In this document: positions 62,787 to 64,000 of the stretch, one piece after another | Numbering within the stretch: position 1 is the stretch's first letter | Layout: each line of letters begins with the position of its first letter | Program-made: the position numbers and the translations under genes | NCBI GenBank assembly: GCA_036785375.1 | Contig: JAWMAR010000053.1 | Location: 4,464,001 to 4,528,000 of the forward strand | Direction of reading: 5' to 3' | DNA from: Leucoraja ocellata | Lineage: Eukaryota | Length of the DNA: 64,000 nt | Notes under the pieces: model-generated | What the model was told of the DNA's origin: nothing | What the model saw: only the letters and a program-made list of their open reading frames with translations | Databases searched by the model: none

Positions 62787-63032
62787 GTATTTTTCATTCC
62801 TGCATGACACAAGCCAAAAACAAGACTGTTCATTATGTTATAAAAGTTGCAGTTTAAGAATCCTGCTGGAATTGTTATTAAGCAAATCTTGTTACATACT
62901 TTTCCTCATTGTTTCATTCATTAGTAAGTCTATGCAGTCAAAATTATTAAGCTTGAAGGATTAGTCATTACAAAAGGCTTTTGAAGACATTGCACATTTT
63001 TTGATATTTTTCTATTTTCCTAACTATTTTAG

Positions 63033-63302
63033 AATCACCAGTGGCCTTCTTTAAAACATTGGAAGAAGAAACCACTATCTTCAAAGGACAGCCCCTATAT
63101 ATGACCTGTGAGCTGACTAAAGACAAACCTGTGGTTTGGAAGAAGGATGGTGTACCAATTGATGACACACAGACCAGATATGCAATTAGTGTCATCGGGC
63201 TACAGCGCTCCATTACTGTCACAAGTTCTGACTTTGAAGATGCTGGAGTGTACTCAGTTGAGACTGCAAACATAAGTTGTGCAGAAAAAGTTAATGTGCA
63301 AG
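63033..63302 (+). CDS. ttn: Titin exon, distal Ig (I85)
   Basis: PVAFFKTLEEETTIFKGQPLYMTCEL...DAGVYSV; ttttag acceptor, gttagt donor. Confidence 0.96.
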
Positions 63303-63688
63303 GTTAGTAGAGTTGGATAAAACAAATGCAGAGCTGCTGGATAACTCAGCCAGATGGATGATTATAAGACCATAAAACATAGTAGCTGAATTAGGCCATT
63401 CAGCCCATTGAGTCTACTCCACCATTCAGACATAGCTGATCTATTTTTCCCTTTCAACCGAATTCTCGTGCCTTCTCCCTGTAACCTTTGACACCCTTAC
63501 CAATCAGAAATCTATCAATCTCTGCTTGAAAAACACCCAATGACTTGGCCTCTACTGCTGTCTGTGGCAATTAATCCCACAGATTCACCACCCTCTAGCT
63601 AAAGAAATTCCTCCTTTCATATAACTAAGCAATAGGAAATAAGCAATTTGAGAGCTAATTTCTATTTGTTTTTTTTTTAATCTTCCAG

Positions 63689-63964
63689 AGATTGTCAGGA
63701 AATGGTTTGTAAAACCTGTTCGGGATCAACGTGTCAAGCAAAAGGGAACTGCTGTTTTTGAATGTGAAATTGCTAAAGACACACCAAATATCAAATGGTT
63801 CAAAGGTGATCAGGAGATTCCAATGGAACCCAATGACAAAATTGAAATTAAGAAAGTGGGTAAAATTCTTACTCTCATTGTGAAGGATGCAGGTCCAGAT
63901 GATATTGGTGAATACACAGTGGAGGTGGAAGGACAAGCCTCTTCAGCTAATCTGATAGTTGATG
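63689..63964 (+). CDS. ttn: Titin exon, distal Ig (I86)
   Basis: EIVRKWFVKPVRDQRVKQKGTAVFECEIAKDTPNIKWFKG...DIGEYTVEV; ccag acceptor, gtaagt donor. Confidence 0.96.
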
Positions 63965-64000
63965 GTAAGTCTTCTGTTACGTGCAGAAATATAAATATAA

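Larger units (their letters stand above)
4054..63964 (+). other. ttn: Titin gene, internal segment (N2A - PEVK - start of distal tandem Ig); gene continues beyond both window ends
   Basis: Spliced translation gives hallmark titin motifs ATFIAKVGGDPIPNVKW, NVDPKEYEKYARMYGITDFRGLLQA, KINYPEIKLSWYKG, FECEVSFDDAIVTW, VPEVPKKP repeats and LKAVPLKFVKE...DGKDRKLNIIDVQLSD, in the order known from vertebrate titin. Confidence 0.98.

Overview
Eukaryotic genomic DNA, AT-rich and intron-dominated. It is an internal + strand segment of a vertebrate titin (ttn) gene. The repeat content (V-SINE/HE1-like, CR1 and Penelope-like short repeats) suggests a cartilaginous fish such as a skate or ray; that is inference. 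In order, the window holds the N2A element (Ig I80, UN2A, I81-I83; about 4.0-8.0 kb), a PEVK region of 38 frame-preserving phase-1 exons (11.1-58.0 kb), one 2442-nt K/E-rich exon, the last PEVK exon and the first three distal tandem Ig exons. Exon boundaries were read by eye from AG/GT signals and reading frame. The most notable items are: (1) the 814-aa giant exon, with six 50-53-aa KKV/TPRD repeats and a paired Trp-acidic tail; (2) about 100-bp TSD-flanked elements carrying a degenerate minimal hammerhead ribozyme; (3) several modes of PEVK expansion, including a tandem 69-nt exon array with a duplicated three-exon module, one unit whose exon was cleanly deleted at a TTTCTT microhomology, an intra-exon 57-nt minisatellite and an acidic 12-aa repeat exon; (4) a LINE RT fragment in frame with Ig I81; (5) inverted CR1 pairs and a perfect 33-bp hairpin. 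No prokaryotic features, CRISPR arrays, rRNA or true tRNA genes were seen.
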